DNA from: Dehalococcoidia bacterium
Lineage (GTDB): Bacteria > Chloroflexota > Dehalococcoidia > Lucifugimonadales > Australimonadaceae
Assembly (NCBI GenBank): GCA_965116255.1
Contig: OZ220670.1
Span: forward strand, 1,273,205-1,337,204
Direction: 5' to 3'
DNA length: 64,000 nt
Position 1 is the first letter of the stretch. Every line of letters begins with the position of its first letter. Below are positions 35,675 to 44,378 of this stretch, piece after piece. Under the pieces are notes generated by a model. It had not been told where the DNA came from. It made no database searches and was given only the letters and a program-made list of their open reading frames with translations. The position numbers and the translations under genes are program-made.

Positions 35675-36565
35675 ATGGAGGAGCCGCAGGCAGCCCCAGG
35701 CGCCCGCTACGTCGTCCGTACTGAGCGGCTGACACTGGCTGTCGCCGCACCCTTCATCGCGTTGCTCGCGACCTCCTTCATCGCGTGGGGCTGGTCGCGC
35801 CTAGACGCCTTGCCCCAGTGGGGAAACCTGACGCCGCCGGGCGTCGTCATACTCATCGGTCTTGTCGCCGGTGGGATGTGGGCCTACCAGCGCCGCCTGC
35901 CCCTCGGGCTGCTGACGTGGGCGGCGGGAGCGCAAGGCGCAATCGTACTGCTGACCACGGGCTTCATCGCACGCGACCCTGATCCGTTGCAGGGGCTTGC
36001 CGCTCTGGGTGCGTATGCGCTCATCTACGCAACGGCACTCGTGCTGGCAGCAAGCCTCATGCGCCACGGAGTCTCGCTGGGAATGGGGTCGGTCACGCTA
36101 TTCGTCTTGACGCAGGCGATGCGCTTCCCGATATTCGAGGCGGACGCAGAGCTCGCGCTCGCGAATGCCTCGCTCTTCACACTAGCGGCGGCCGCGCGCG
36201 CGACGGTGGAGCTGGCGCTGCTGGTATGGCTCGGCGTGCGCTTCATATCTTCGCCACCGGAAGAGCGTCGCCGCTGGGCGATTGCCCTGGCAGTGCTCGC
36301 CGCCGCGCATGGCGCCCTCGCCTCGTGGGAGGGTTTGGTGCTCCTGAACGAGTTCTCTGCGGCGGCGATGGCTGCGCAAGCCGCGCGATGGCTCGGCCTC
36401 GTAGCGATCCAATTGGGCCTGGCGTTCGCCGTAGGCCGCCTCCGCCGCGCCTTCGCACACTTCGAGGTCAAGGAGGCTGATGATGCGCCGCCGAACCCCG
36501 CTGCGTCCGTTGCCGACCCCTCTCGCCGCAAGCGCCCGGCAAGGCGCAGGCGAGGAAGGCGGTAG
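35675..36565 (+). CDS. Hypothetical polytopic membrane protein with Arg-rich C-terminal tail
   Basis: 296 aa with about 7 hydrophobic segments. I recognise no family. Confidence 0.5.
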   Translation: MEEPQAAPGARYVVRTERLTLAVAAPFIALLATSFIAWGWSRLDALPQWGNLTPPGVVILIGLVAGGMWAYQRRLPLGLLTWAAGAQGAIVLLTTGFIARDPDPLQGLAALGAYALIYATALVLAASLMRHGVSLGMGSVTLFVLTQAMRFPIFEADAELALANASLFTLAAAARATVELALLVWLGVRFISSPPEERRRWAIALAVLAAAHGALASWEGLVLLNEFSAAAMAAQAARWLGLVAIQLGLAFAVGRLRRAFAHFEVKEADDAPPNPAASVADPSRRKRPARRRRGRR

Positions 36566-36573
36566 AAAACGGG

Positions 36574-36603
36574 TTGGGAGAGCGAGCGCCGATAGCGTAT
36601 ACT
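36574..36603 (+). promoter_or_regulatory. Candidate purF promoter
   Basis: TTGGGA (36574-36579), 18-nt spacer, TATACT (36598-36603). Confidence 0.4.
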
Positions 36604-36627
36604 CGCCCGTGGCAGGGAGGACTCTTC

Positions 36628-38091
36628 TTGGTCAGCACCCGCATGGCAGACGGCGACGTTGTCCACGAGGAGTGTGGTGTCGTCGGCGTGTACCTGCCGG
36701 GCGCGACGGACAATCAGGCGGCGCTTGCCGCCTTCTATGGCATCTTCGCGCTACAGCACCGGGGCCACGAGAGCGCCGGCATCGCCGCCGGCGACGGTCG
36801 CACGCTGCGCAACTTCACCGGCATGGGCCTCGTCTCTAACGCCTTCCGCCAGGATGACCTCGAGCGGTTGCCCGGGCACGTAGCTGTCGGCCATACGCGC
36901 TACTCAACAACGGGCTCGAGCAGCCCCATGAACGCGCAGCCCATCATTTCCAAGGGCCCCGCCATCGAACTGGCCCTGGCACACAACGGCAACGTCATCA
37001 ACTCGGCGGCGTTGCGCGACCAACTGCGTAACAACCATGGCGTCACCTGCGCCACCGGCACCGACTCCGAAGCCATCGCCCACTTGCTCGCATGGGCGCC
37101 CGGTGAGACCTGGGGCGAACGAGCCGACTACCTGATACGCCAACTCGAAGGAGCGTACTCGCTCGTAATCGCCACGCGCGACGCCCTTGTCGCCATTCGC
37201 GACCCCCTCGGCGTTCGGCCCTTGTGCCTCGGTCGCTATGGCAACGGATGGGTGGTCGCGTCCGAGAGCACCGCGCTTGACCACGTCGGCGCGCAGTTCG
37301 CCCGCGAGATCGCGCCGGGGGAGACCGTTGTCATCGACGTGGAAGGGCTGACGAGCATTCCCTGCAGCACACCGCGAGAGTCGCCCGCGCACTGCGTCTT
37401 TGAGCACATTTACTTTGCGCGCCCGGACGCCATCCTGGAAGGACGGCTCGCCCACGTGGCGCGTGAGCGCATGGGCGCGGAACTTGCGCGCGCCTATCCC
37501 GTCGACGCCGATATCGTCATCCCTGTGCCAGACTCGGCCAACTCAGCGGCGATCGGATATGCGCGCCAATCGGGACTGCCGCTCGATTTCGGCCTCATCA
37601 AGAACCGCTATGTCGGGCGCACCTTCATCGAGCCCGACCAGCATTTCCGCGAGTTGGGCGTCCGCAACAAGTTCAACCCTCTGCCCGAGGTGCTCGCCGG
37701 CAAGCGGATCATCGTCGTGGACGACAGCATCGTGCGCGCGACGACCACACCGCACATCATTGCGCTCTTGCGCGCCGCGGGCGCCGCAGAGGTGCATATG
37801 CGCGTCTGTGCACCTCCCATCCGCCACCCCTGCTACTTCGGCGTCGATATGGCGCACAAGGGCGAGTTCGTCGCAGACGGGCGCACGGTGGACGAGGTGT
37901 GCCAGCGCATCGGTGCTGACTCCCTCGCCTACCTCACCGTCGAGCAGCTGCACACAGCTGTTTCTGGGGACCCATCGGGCACGGGCTACTGCGACGCCTG
38001 TTTCACCGGCGACTACCCCGTGCCCGTCCAATTGCAACTCGGCAAATTCGACCTCGAAAAGCCCACCCTCGCCCAAGCCGACCGGACGTAG
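36628..38091 (+). CDS. purF: Amidophosphoribosyltransferase
   Basis: Short propeptide then CGVVGVY (catalytic Cys), PRPP loop VVDDSIVRATT. TTG at 36628 lies 7 nt after GGGAGG. ATG at 36643 is an alternative start. Confidence 0.93.
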   Translation: MVSTRMADGDVVHEECGVVGVYLPGATDNQAALAAFYGIFALQHRGHESAGIAAGDGRTLRNFTGMGLVSNAFRQDDLERLPGHVAVGHTRYSTTGSSSPMNAQPIISKGPAIELALAHNGNVINSAALRDQLRNNHGVTCATGTDSEAIAHLLAWAPGETWGERADYLIRQLEGAYSLVIATRDALVAIRDPLGVRPLCLGRYGNGWVVASESTALDHVGAQFAREIAPGETVVIDVEGLTSIPCSTPRESPAHCVFEHIYFARPDAILEGRLAHVARERMGAELARAYPVDADIVIPVPDSANSAAIGYARQSGLPLDFGLIKNRYVGRTFIEPDQHFRELGVRNKFNPLPEVLAGKRIIVVDDSIVRATTTPHIIALLRAAGAAEVHMRVCAPPIRHPCYFGVDMAHKGEFVADGRTVDEVCQRIGADSLAYLTVEQLHTAVSGDPSGTGYCDACFTGDYPVPVQLQLGKFDLEKPTLAQADRT

Positions 38092-39182
38092 TGGCGCCAC
38101 AGACCATCGTTGACATACGGAGAGCAATCGACGCGCTCGAGACGGAGGCGCGCGCTGTCGTTGACCGGCTCTACTCCATCGACGTCACCACCAGCCGCCT
38201 GCGCGTCCCGCAGACGATGACGTCGTGGGTAGAGCAGCAATTCGGCAGTGTTGCGAACGTGGAGGAGCAGACGCTCGTGCGCATCGACAACCGCGTAACG
38301 GGGGAGGGCGCGCTCTTCAACAGCCTGCGCGCACTGCGCCCTGTCCAAGCGCGCCCTGCCTCTGCCGACGATGAGATAACGCGCAGTCTCGAAAATGACT
38401 CGCTTGCCGACCCGCCAGCATCGACGCCGGAGGACACCTTCGGACGCGTCGCGAACGAGCACGGCGTGACGGCGGCCAACGTCGCGCGCTACGACGCACA
38501 CCACAGCCTCATCGTCTTCGGCGAGCCTGACCCACTCTCCTTCACACCGGATGCCGTCGCAGGGCACGTTGAGCTGGCGCTGCGCTGGTTCGATGCCGCG
38601 CAGGCGGCTGATCCCGACGCGCGCTACCCCTACCTGATGTGGAACTGCCTGTGGCGAGCCGGAGGATCCCTCGTCCACGGCCATGCCCAGCTTTCCCTGG
38701 CCCGCAACCGCCACTATGCCAAGGTGGAGCGCTTGCGCGCTGACGCCGACACCTACCGGCAGGCACACGGCGCAAACTACTTCGCTGACCTCTGGCATGT
38801 GCACGACGCCCTCCGCCTGGGCATACGCGTCGATGACACGCAGGCCATCGCGGTGCTGACACCACTCAAGGAGCGCGAGGTGTGGGTGCGCTTGCCGCAG
38901 TTCTCACCCGAGCACGGGCGCTCGCTCGCCAGGCTGCTGCGTGCGCTCATCGACGGCCTTGGCGTGCAGTCGTTCAACGTCGGTGTGCTAATGCCTCCGC
39001 TACACGGGGGGGACGCCAGCTGGGACGAGTTTCCCGTCGTGGCCCGCATCATCGACAGGGGGCCACTCAACAGCCGGACGAGCGACTTTGGCGGCATGGA
39101 GCTATTCGCGCAAAGCGTCGTGGCCGCCGACCCCTTCGAAGTGGCGCGTGCATTGCGCTCAGCGCTCGGCGGAGACAGCTGA
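38091..39182 (+). CDS. GalT-branch HIT-superfamily nucleotidyltransferase/phosphorylase-like protein
   Basis: RIDNRVTGEGALFNSLRALRP (GalT-like N-terminus) and WRAGGSLVHGHAQLSL (HxHxQ nucleotidyl-His motif). The usual CxxC zinc site is not seen. The start overlaps the purF stop (TAGTG). Confidence 0.6.
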   Translation: MAPQTIVDIRRAIDALETEARAVVDRLYSIDVTTSRLRVPQTMTSWVEQQFGSVANVEEQTLVRIDNRVTGEGALFNSLRALRPVQARPASADDEITRSLENDSLADPPASTPEDTFGRVANEHGVTAANVARYDAHHSLIVFGEPDPLSFTPDAVAGHVELALRWFDAAQAADPDARYPYLMWNCLWRAGGSLVHGHAQLSLARNRHYAKVERLRADADTYRQAHGANYFADLWHVHDALRLGIRVDDTQAIAVLTPLKEREVWVRLPQFSPEHGRSLARLLRALIDGLGVQSFNVGVLMPPLHGGDASWDEFPVVARIIDRGPLNSRTSDFGGMELFAQSVVAADPFEVARALRSALGGDS

Positions 39183-39910
39183 TGGCTACCCTCGACATCG
39201 TCATCCCGGTGCTGAACGAGGAGCATGCGCTGCCCAGGTGCATCGACACGCTGAGCAATTTCCTCGAAGGCGAGATGTCGCAGTACCAGTGGCGAATCGT
39301 CGTCGCCGACAACGGCTCGACCGACGCCACCCTGGAGGTTGCGAAGGCCTATGCAGCGCAGTCGGACAGGGTCGGCTACATTCACCTTGACCAGCGCGGG
39401 CGCGGGCGGGCGCTCAAGAGGGCGTGGTCGGAAAGCAACGCCGATGTGGTCTCCTACATGGATGTCGACCTTTCGACCGACCTGGCGGCGTTCCCGGCGC
39501 TCATCGGCGCAATCGCCGACGAAGGGTACGACCTAGCGACAGGCAGCCGGTTGATGCGCGGCTCACAGACGACGCGCTCGCTGAAGCGCGAGTCGATATC
39601 ACGCGCCTACAACCTGCTGATAAAGGCGGTGCACTGGACGCACCTATCGGACGCGCAATGCGGCTTCAAAGCACTCGGGCACGGCGCCGCCGATGCCGTG
39701 CTACCGCTGATTGTCGACAACCACTGGTTCTTCGATACGGAGTTGCTGCTCATCGCGGAGAAGCGCGGCTTCCACATCAAGGAGGTACCCGTCACCTGGC
39801 GCGAGGACCCCGACACACGCGTCAAGATAGCGAGCACCGCACTCGAAGACATCAGAGGCCTGCTGCGCCTGCGATTTGGCGGCATCCCACAGGTGAAGAG
39901 GCAGGGTTGA
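39182..39910 (+). CDS. Family 2 glycosyltransferase (polyprenyl-phosphate glycosyltransferase-like)
   Basis: LDIVIPVLNEE...VVADNGSTDAT...YMDVDLSTD...GSRL...QCGFKA. The start overlaps the preceding stop (TGATG). Confidence 0.85.
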   Translation: MATLDIVIPVLNEEHALPRCIDTLSNFLEGEMSQYQWRIVVADNGSTDATLEVAKAYAAQSDRVGYIHLDQRGRGRALKRAWSESNADVVSYMDVDLSTDLAAFPALIGAIADEGYDLATGSRLMRGSQTTRSLKRESISRAYNLLIKAVHWTHLSDAQCGFKALGHGAADAVLPLIVDNHWFFDTELLLIAEKRGFHIKEVPVTWREDPDTRVKIASTALEDIRGLLRLRFGGIPQVKRQG

Positions 39911-39949
39911 CCGCGCGCCTTTGGTATGATGCGCTAGCGCAAGACGCCA

Positions 39950-40948
39950 ATGATTCCGCAGAACACGCACTTCGAAGTCCGGCCCTCCCTCATCACCGGC
40001 GATACCGCCGACGTATACCTGCACCGCACCCAGCGCATCCTCCGCAGCGAGGGACTGAACCCCGTCGTCCTGATGGAGTTCTCGGCGGGCGGCGACGGGA
40101 CACTGTGCGGCACGCAGGAGGTCAAGGCTGTCCTCAGTTCCGTAACTGCTGCGGGCAACCGCGAGGTGTGGGCGGTCGAAGAGGGGTCTCGCATCTCGCG
40201 CGGCGAGGTTTGCCTGACCGTCCGAGCCCCCTACTCGTCGTTCGGCCTCTACGAGACGGCCATCACCGGCATCCTGGCCCACTCCAGCGGCTGGGCGAGC
40301 GCTGCCTACGAACTCGTCAAGGCGGCGAACGGTGTGCCCGTTGTCAACGTCGGCGCGCACAACGTCCATCCCACCGTCGCGCCCGTGATGGACTATGCAG
40401 CCGTCGTGGGGGGGTGCGCCGGCGGCTCAACCGCGCTCGGCGGCCGCCTCACCAACACGCAGCCCGTGAGTTCGGTCGGCGGCGCGCTGCTCCAGATCAT
40501 CGGCGACCCCAACCGTGCGCTGCAGGCGTTCGACCGCTCCGTCCCGCCCGACGCGAAGCGCATCGCCTACGTAGACCCGCGCCGCGACATCGTCGAGCAG
40601 GTGGTCGCGGTCGCGCGGCTCATGCGCGACCGCCTCGACGCCGTCCGCCTGGCGCGCGTTCCCGGCGGCAAGCAGGTGCCCGCCGAGACGGTGCATGAGG
40701 TGCGCGAGCGGCTCGACAGCCTGGGATGTAAGCACACCATCGTCATCGTTTCGGGCTTTCTCTCGCCGGAGCGCATCGCGTCGCTACTGGACGAAGGGGC
40801 GCCGGTGGGGATGTTCCACGACGGGGGCTATATCGCGGCGGCGCAGCCGATGTCCTTCAGGCCTGCCATACGCTCCATCAGCGATAGGCCCGTGCAGCAG
40901 GAAACCGAGCCTGCGCCGCCCAATCCGCGGCTGCTGCGCTTGCTCTAG
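39950..40948 (+). CDS. Nicotinate phosphoribosyltransferase family protein (archaeal/short type)
   Basis: ITGDTADVYLHRT, FGLYETAITGILAHSSGWASAA, HNVHPTVAPVMDYAAVVGG resemble the Thermoplasma-type NAPRTase/QPRTase fold. Confidence 0.7.
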   Translation: MIPQNTHFEVRPSLITGDTADVYLHRTQRILRSEGLNPVVLMEFSAGGDGTLCGTQEVKAVLSSVTAAGNREVWAVEEGSRISRGEVCLTVRAPYSSFGLYETAITGILAHSSGWASAAYELVKAANGVPVVNVGAHNVHPTVAPVMDYAAVVGGCAGGSTALGGRLTNTQPVSSVGGALLQIIGDPNRALQAFDRSVPPDAKRIAYVDPRRDIVEQVVAVARLMRDRLDAVRLARVPGGKQVPAETVHEVRERLDSLGCKHTIVIVSGFLSPERIASLLDEGAPVGMFHDGGYIAAAQPMSFRPAIRSISDRPVQQETEPAPPNPRLLRLL

Positions 40949-40957
40949 CGGCTGCGC

Positions 40958-41605
40958 TCAATCGACCCGGTACGTCCCCCACTCGAAACCGCCGTCCGTG
41001 GCGAGCGCCGCCGCTGCCGCAACGGGATGTTCGAAATCTGCGAACGCACCTCCCTCGACAGCGTAGCGCGCTGCCTCATGCGCCGAGGCGGCGTCGAACA
41101 CCGACCTCTGCTCGGCGCGAACAGCATTCGCCTCGTACGTCGCAAGGTAGTGCGCGGCGCCCGCTTGAAGTTGCACCGCTGCTACGGCGAGCGCATCGTC
41201 GCGGACGATACCGAGCCAGGCCGTATCGCCCGCCCGCGGCAGGACTGCGGCGATGCGCGGCGTGTTGAGCGCATCCCTTTCGTAGTCGAGCGTCTGCAAT
41301 GCCAGGACGAGCGCGTCGCGCGGTGCCATGCCGGACGCAATCTTCTCCGCGATGGGGTCGGTGTGGCTGCCGTTGGTCGCGACGCACCAATCGCCGGCGA
41401 GGCGCATCGCGGCGTAGGCGATGTAGGGACTACGGCGCACGTCCGCCTCGGTCCCCTCGCGCGGCACTATCGCAATCGCGCCCTCTGTCTCAACCGCCTC
41501 GCGGTTGGGAAAGGAGCGGCTAGAGACGCGGTAGAGCACGGCGTTGCGCCCGGCTCTCGTTCTCCCCGCTGCAACGATGCGTCCAACGTACACCACGTCA
41601 CGCAA
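40958..41605 (-). CDS. purO: IMP cyclohydrolase, archaeal PurO type
   Basis: YVGRIVAAGRT...AVLYRVSSRSFPNREAV...SPYIAY matches the PurO signature. Confidence 0.8.
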   Translation of the reverse strand: MRDVVYVGRIVAAGRTRAGRNAVLYRVSSRSFPNREAVETEGAIAIVPREGTEADVRRSPYIAYAAMRLAGDWCVATNGSHTDPIAEKIASGMAPRDALVLALQTLDYERDALNTPRIAAVLPRAGDTAWLGIVRDDALAVAAVQLQAGAAHYLATYEANAVRAEQRSVFDAASAHEAARYAVEGGAFADFEHPVAAAAALATDGGFEWGTYRVD

Positions 41606-42611
41606 TGGCCAGCGACGGTGCTACGTCGAATGTGGCGTCGCTCGCACCATCCTCAGTCAAACGAAAGTAGCCTGCAGCGGCAATCATCGACCCGTTGTCG
41701 GTGCAGCGCTTGGGCGTGGGGATGAGAACGGGCGCATCGACGCGCTCCCTGCACGCCGCGCGCAGCGGCCCGTTGGCGGAGACTCCGCCGCCCACTATCA
41801 GCCCCCGCGCGCCGGTCCGCTCCACCGCAAGCGCTGCCTTGGCCGACACCACGTCAACCACTGCCTCTTGGAACGCGCGCGCCATCGTCGCGACCGCCTC
41901 TGTGTCGTCCGGTGACTCCAAATGGATTCCCGCATCCTGTGCGCGATGGAGCAACGCCGTCTTGAGGCCGGAGAAGCTGAAGTCGAGCGCACCGTTCAGC
42001 CACGCGCGGGGCAACGGCGCGGACGTGGGCGCATCGACCGCCGCCGCCTGTATCGCGGGGCCCCCCGGAAAGCCTAACCCCAGGATGCGCGCCGCCTTGT
42101 CGAACGCCTCCCCCGAGGCGTCGTCGAGCGTCTGGCCGAGCAGCGTGTAGGCGCCGTGGCCGCGCATCAGGTAGAGGTGGGTGTGCGCCCCCGACGCGAT
42201 CAGGGCCACGAGCGGAAAGCCCGGCTCTTCGGCCGGGTCGTCGAAGTCGAGCCATGCGGCGTAGATGTGCCCTTCGATGTGGTGCACGCCCGTGAGCGGC
42301 AGCCCGCGTGCCAGTGCGATGGCCTTGGCCGTGTTGACGCCGACCATCAGCGAGCCCGCAAGGCCCGGCCCGCGCGTCACCGCGACGGCGTCGATGTCGT
42401 CCAGCGTCGCATCCGCATCCGCCAGCGCCTGCTCGATGACGGGGATGATCTGGAGCAGGTGCTGGCGCGAGGCTACCTCGGGCACGATTCCGCCGTAGCG
42501 CGCGTGCACCTCTATCTGCGAGGCGACGACGTCGGAGAGGACGTGGCGCCCGTCTTCCACAACCGCCGCCGCTGTCTCATCGCACGACGTCTCGATGCCA
42601 AGGATCCGCAT
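41598..42611 (-). CDS. tsaD: tRNA N6-adenosine threonylcarbamoyltransferase
   Basis: MRILGIETSCDETAAAVV...HIEGHI...GGGVSAN. 8-nt overlap with purO. Confidence 0.95.
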   Translation of the reverse strand: MRILGIETSCDETAAAVVEDGRHVLSDVVASQIEVHARYGGIVPEVASRQHLLQIIPVIEQALADADATLDDIDAVAVTRGPGLAGSLMVGVNTAKAIALARGLPLTGVHHIEGHIYAAWLDFDDPAEEPGFPLVALIASGAHTHLYLMRGHGAYTLLGQTLDDASGEAFDKAARILGLGFPGGPAIQAAAVDAPTSAPLPRAWLNGALDFSFSGLKTALLHRAQDAGIHLESPDDTEAVATMARAFQEAVVDVVSAKAALAVERTGARGLIVGGGVSANGPLRAACRERVDAPVLIPTPKRCTDNGSMIAAAGYFRLTEDGASDATFDVAPSLAIA

Positions 42612-43047
42612 AGCAGGCTAATGGTAACACCGGGCCAATCGCCCTCACCGTCAGACCTTTGCGCGGGTCAGGCAGGGGATGGAGGGAGGGTGCACAAAGG
42701 TGCGAGCGTGCCGTCGCACACCCCCTGCCTTCTGCTCATTGCACGATGACGCCCCGTGCCCCTACGCTGTCACTGCGCGCCGCTGCGAGGCCGAACGCCC
42801 CTCTCCGTATCGAGTTCTGGGCAGGCCCGCTACCGGCGAAATGAGACCATATGGGACACTCTCGAATGGTCTTCCTCGTCGCCCGAGCGCAAATCAGCGT
42901 CGCTCACGCCCCAACGGCCGTGTTCCAAACACCTTGTTCGCCTCTGCCCTGGTAGCGGTTAGAAGTAGCGCGTTTCTCCGCCAGCGCACCCTCTAGCGAT
43001 CGGTGCGCCAAATTCCTGCTGTCACAGGAATGGCCACGGTGGCCGCG

Positions 43048-43056
43048 TGCTAATAT
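43048..43056 (+). promoter_or_regulatory. Extended -10 element upstream of the CorC/HlyC gene
   Basis: TGcTAATAT at 43048-43056, 47 nt upstream of the ATG at 43103. Confidence 0.4.
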
Positions 43057-43102
43057 CGCCGGACGGCATGGTGCGGCGCGATTTGGGCGCGAAGAGTGAA
43101 CG

Positions 43103-44374
43103 ATGTCCGATGACGTTGGTCTTGCTAGCTACATCCTCGTAGGCGTGTTCGTCGTGCTTTCCGCCTTCTTCTCCGGCTCGGAGGCGGCCCTGCTGTCGGT
43201 GCAGCGCGTGCGAATTCAGGCGATGTTGGAGCACCGAGCGCCGGGCGCTCGGCGCGTGGCGCGCCTCATCGAGCGGCCCGAGCGGCTGCTGCCGCCAATC
43301 TTGCTCGGCAACAACCTGGTCAACACCGCCGCCGCCGCCATCGCAACCACCATCGCCATCGCGCTCATCGACGATGAGAACACCGCAGTGCTGGTTGCCA
43401 CCGTTGCCGTCACCGCCATCCTGCTGATCTTCGGCGAGACGATTCCAAAGACGGTCGGCGCACGCGCGCCGGAGCGCGCTTCCATCATCGTCGCCATCCC
43501 TATCCAGTCAATCAGCTTCGTCCTGAAGCCCATCTCCGTCCTGCTCCAGTTCGTCGGCACGCTCGTGGCGTCCGCCATCGGCGGTGAGCGCGCAGCCGTC
43601 ACGGAGGCCGAAATCAAGGCGATGGTGAGCCTCGGCAGGCAGGAGGGCGAATTGGAGCACGGGGAGGCGGAGATGATCCACCGCGTGTTCGAGTTCGGCG
43701 ACCGGCGCGTGCGCGAGGTGATGACGCCGCGCCCCGAAATCGTCTGGGTCAACAACGACGCGACCGTCTCCGACTTCCTGCGACTCTATGGCGAGCACTC
43801 TCACACGCGCTTCCCCGTGCGCGATGCGTCCAACGGCGACGTGCTCGGCTTGCTGTCGGTCAAAGACGTCGTACGGAGTATGGCGGCGGGGGCCGCACTC
43901 GACGACCGCGCCGTCGGCGAGTTGCGGCAAGTCCACTTCGTGCCCGAGACCAAGCAGGTGCGCGACCTGCTCGGCGAGATGCAAGAGGCGCGCTACCAGC
44001 TCGCGATGGTTGCCGACGAATTCGGCGACATCGCTGGCCTCGTCACGCTCAAGCGCCTTACCGAGGGCATCGTCGGCCCGACCACGGGAGATGATGAGCA
44101 GGCAGCCACGCAAGAAGTGATCGCCGTAATGGATGATACCTTCGAAATCGACGGCGGATTCGCCGTATCGGAGGCCAACGACCGGCTCGGCCTGCAACTG
44201 CCCGAGGGTAACTACGAGACGATCGCGGGCCTAGTGCTGGACGTGCTCGGCAGAGTGCCCAGGGAGGGCGATCAGGCAATCGTCGACGGCCACGCCCTGC
44301 AAGTCGTCGAGATGCGGGGCGTGCGCATCGCTCGCGTCACCGTACGCCGCCCGCCAACCTCGCCTGCGGAGTAG
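43103..44374 (+). CDS. HlyC/CorC family transporter (DUF21-CBS pair-CorC_HlyC)
   Basis: N-terminal 4-TM DUF21 with SGSEAALLSV, a CBS pair, and C-terminal transporter-associated domain. Confidence 0.88.
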   Translation: MSDDVGLASYILVGVFVVLSAFFSGSEAALLSVQRVRIQAMLEHRAPGARRVARLIERPERLLPPILLGNNLVNTAAAAIATTIAIALIDDENTAVLVATVAVTAILLIFGETIPKTVGARAPERASIIVAIPIQSISFVLKPISVLLQFVGTLVASAIGGERAAVTEAEIKAMVSLGRQEGELEHGEAEMIHRVFEFGDRRVREVMTPRPEIVWVNNDATVSDFLRLYGEHSHTRFPVRDASNGDVLGLLSVKDVVRSMAAGAALDDRAVGELRQVHFVPETKQVRDLLGEMQEARYQLAMVADEFGDIAGLVTLKRLTEGIVGPTTGDDEQAATQEVIAVMDDTFEIDGGFAVSEANDRLGLQLPEGNYETIAGLVLDVLGRVPREGDQAIVDGHALQVVEMRGVRIARVTVRRPPTSPAE

Positions 44375-44378
44375 CGCC

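Noticed and set aside
42940-43102. M-box (Mg) or yybP-ykoY (Mn) riboswitch upstream of the CorC/HlyC gene
   Set aside because: Only a GAAGUAGC fragment resembles the GGGGAGUAGC core. The other conserved segments are not found, and most hairpins lie upstream of the predicted -10 element.
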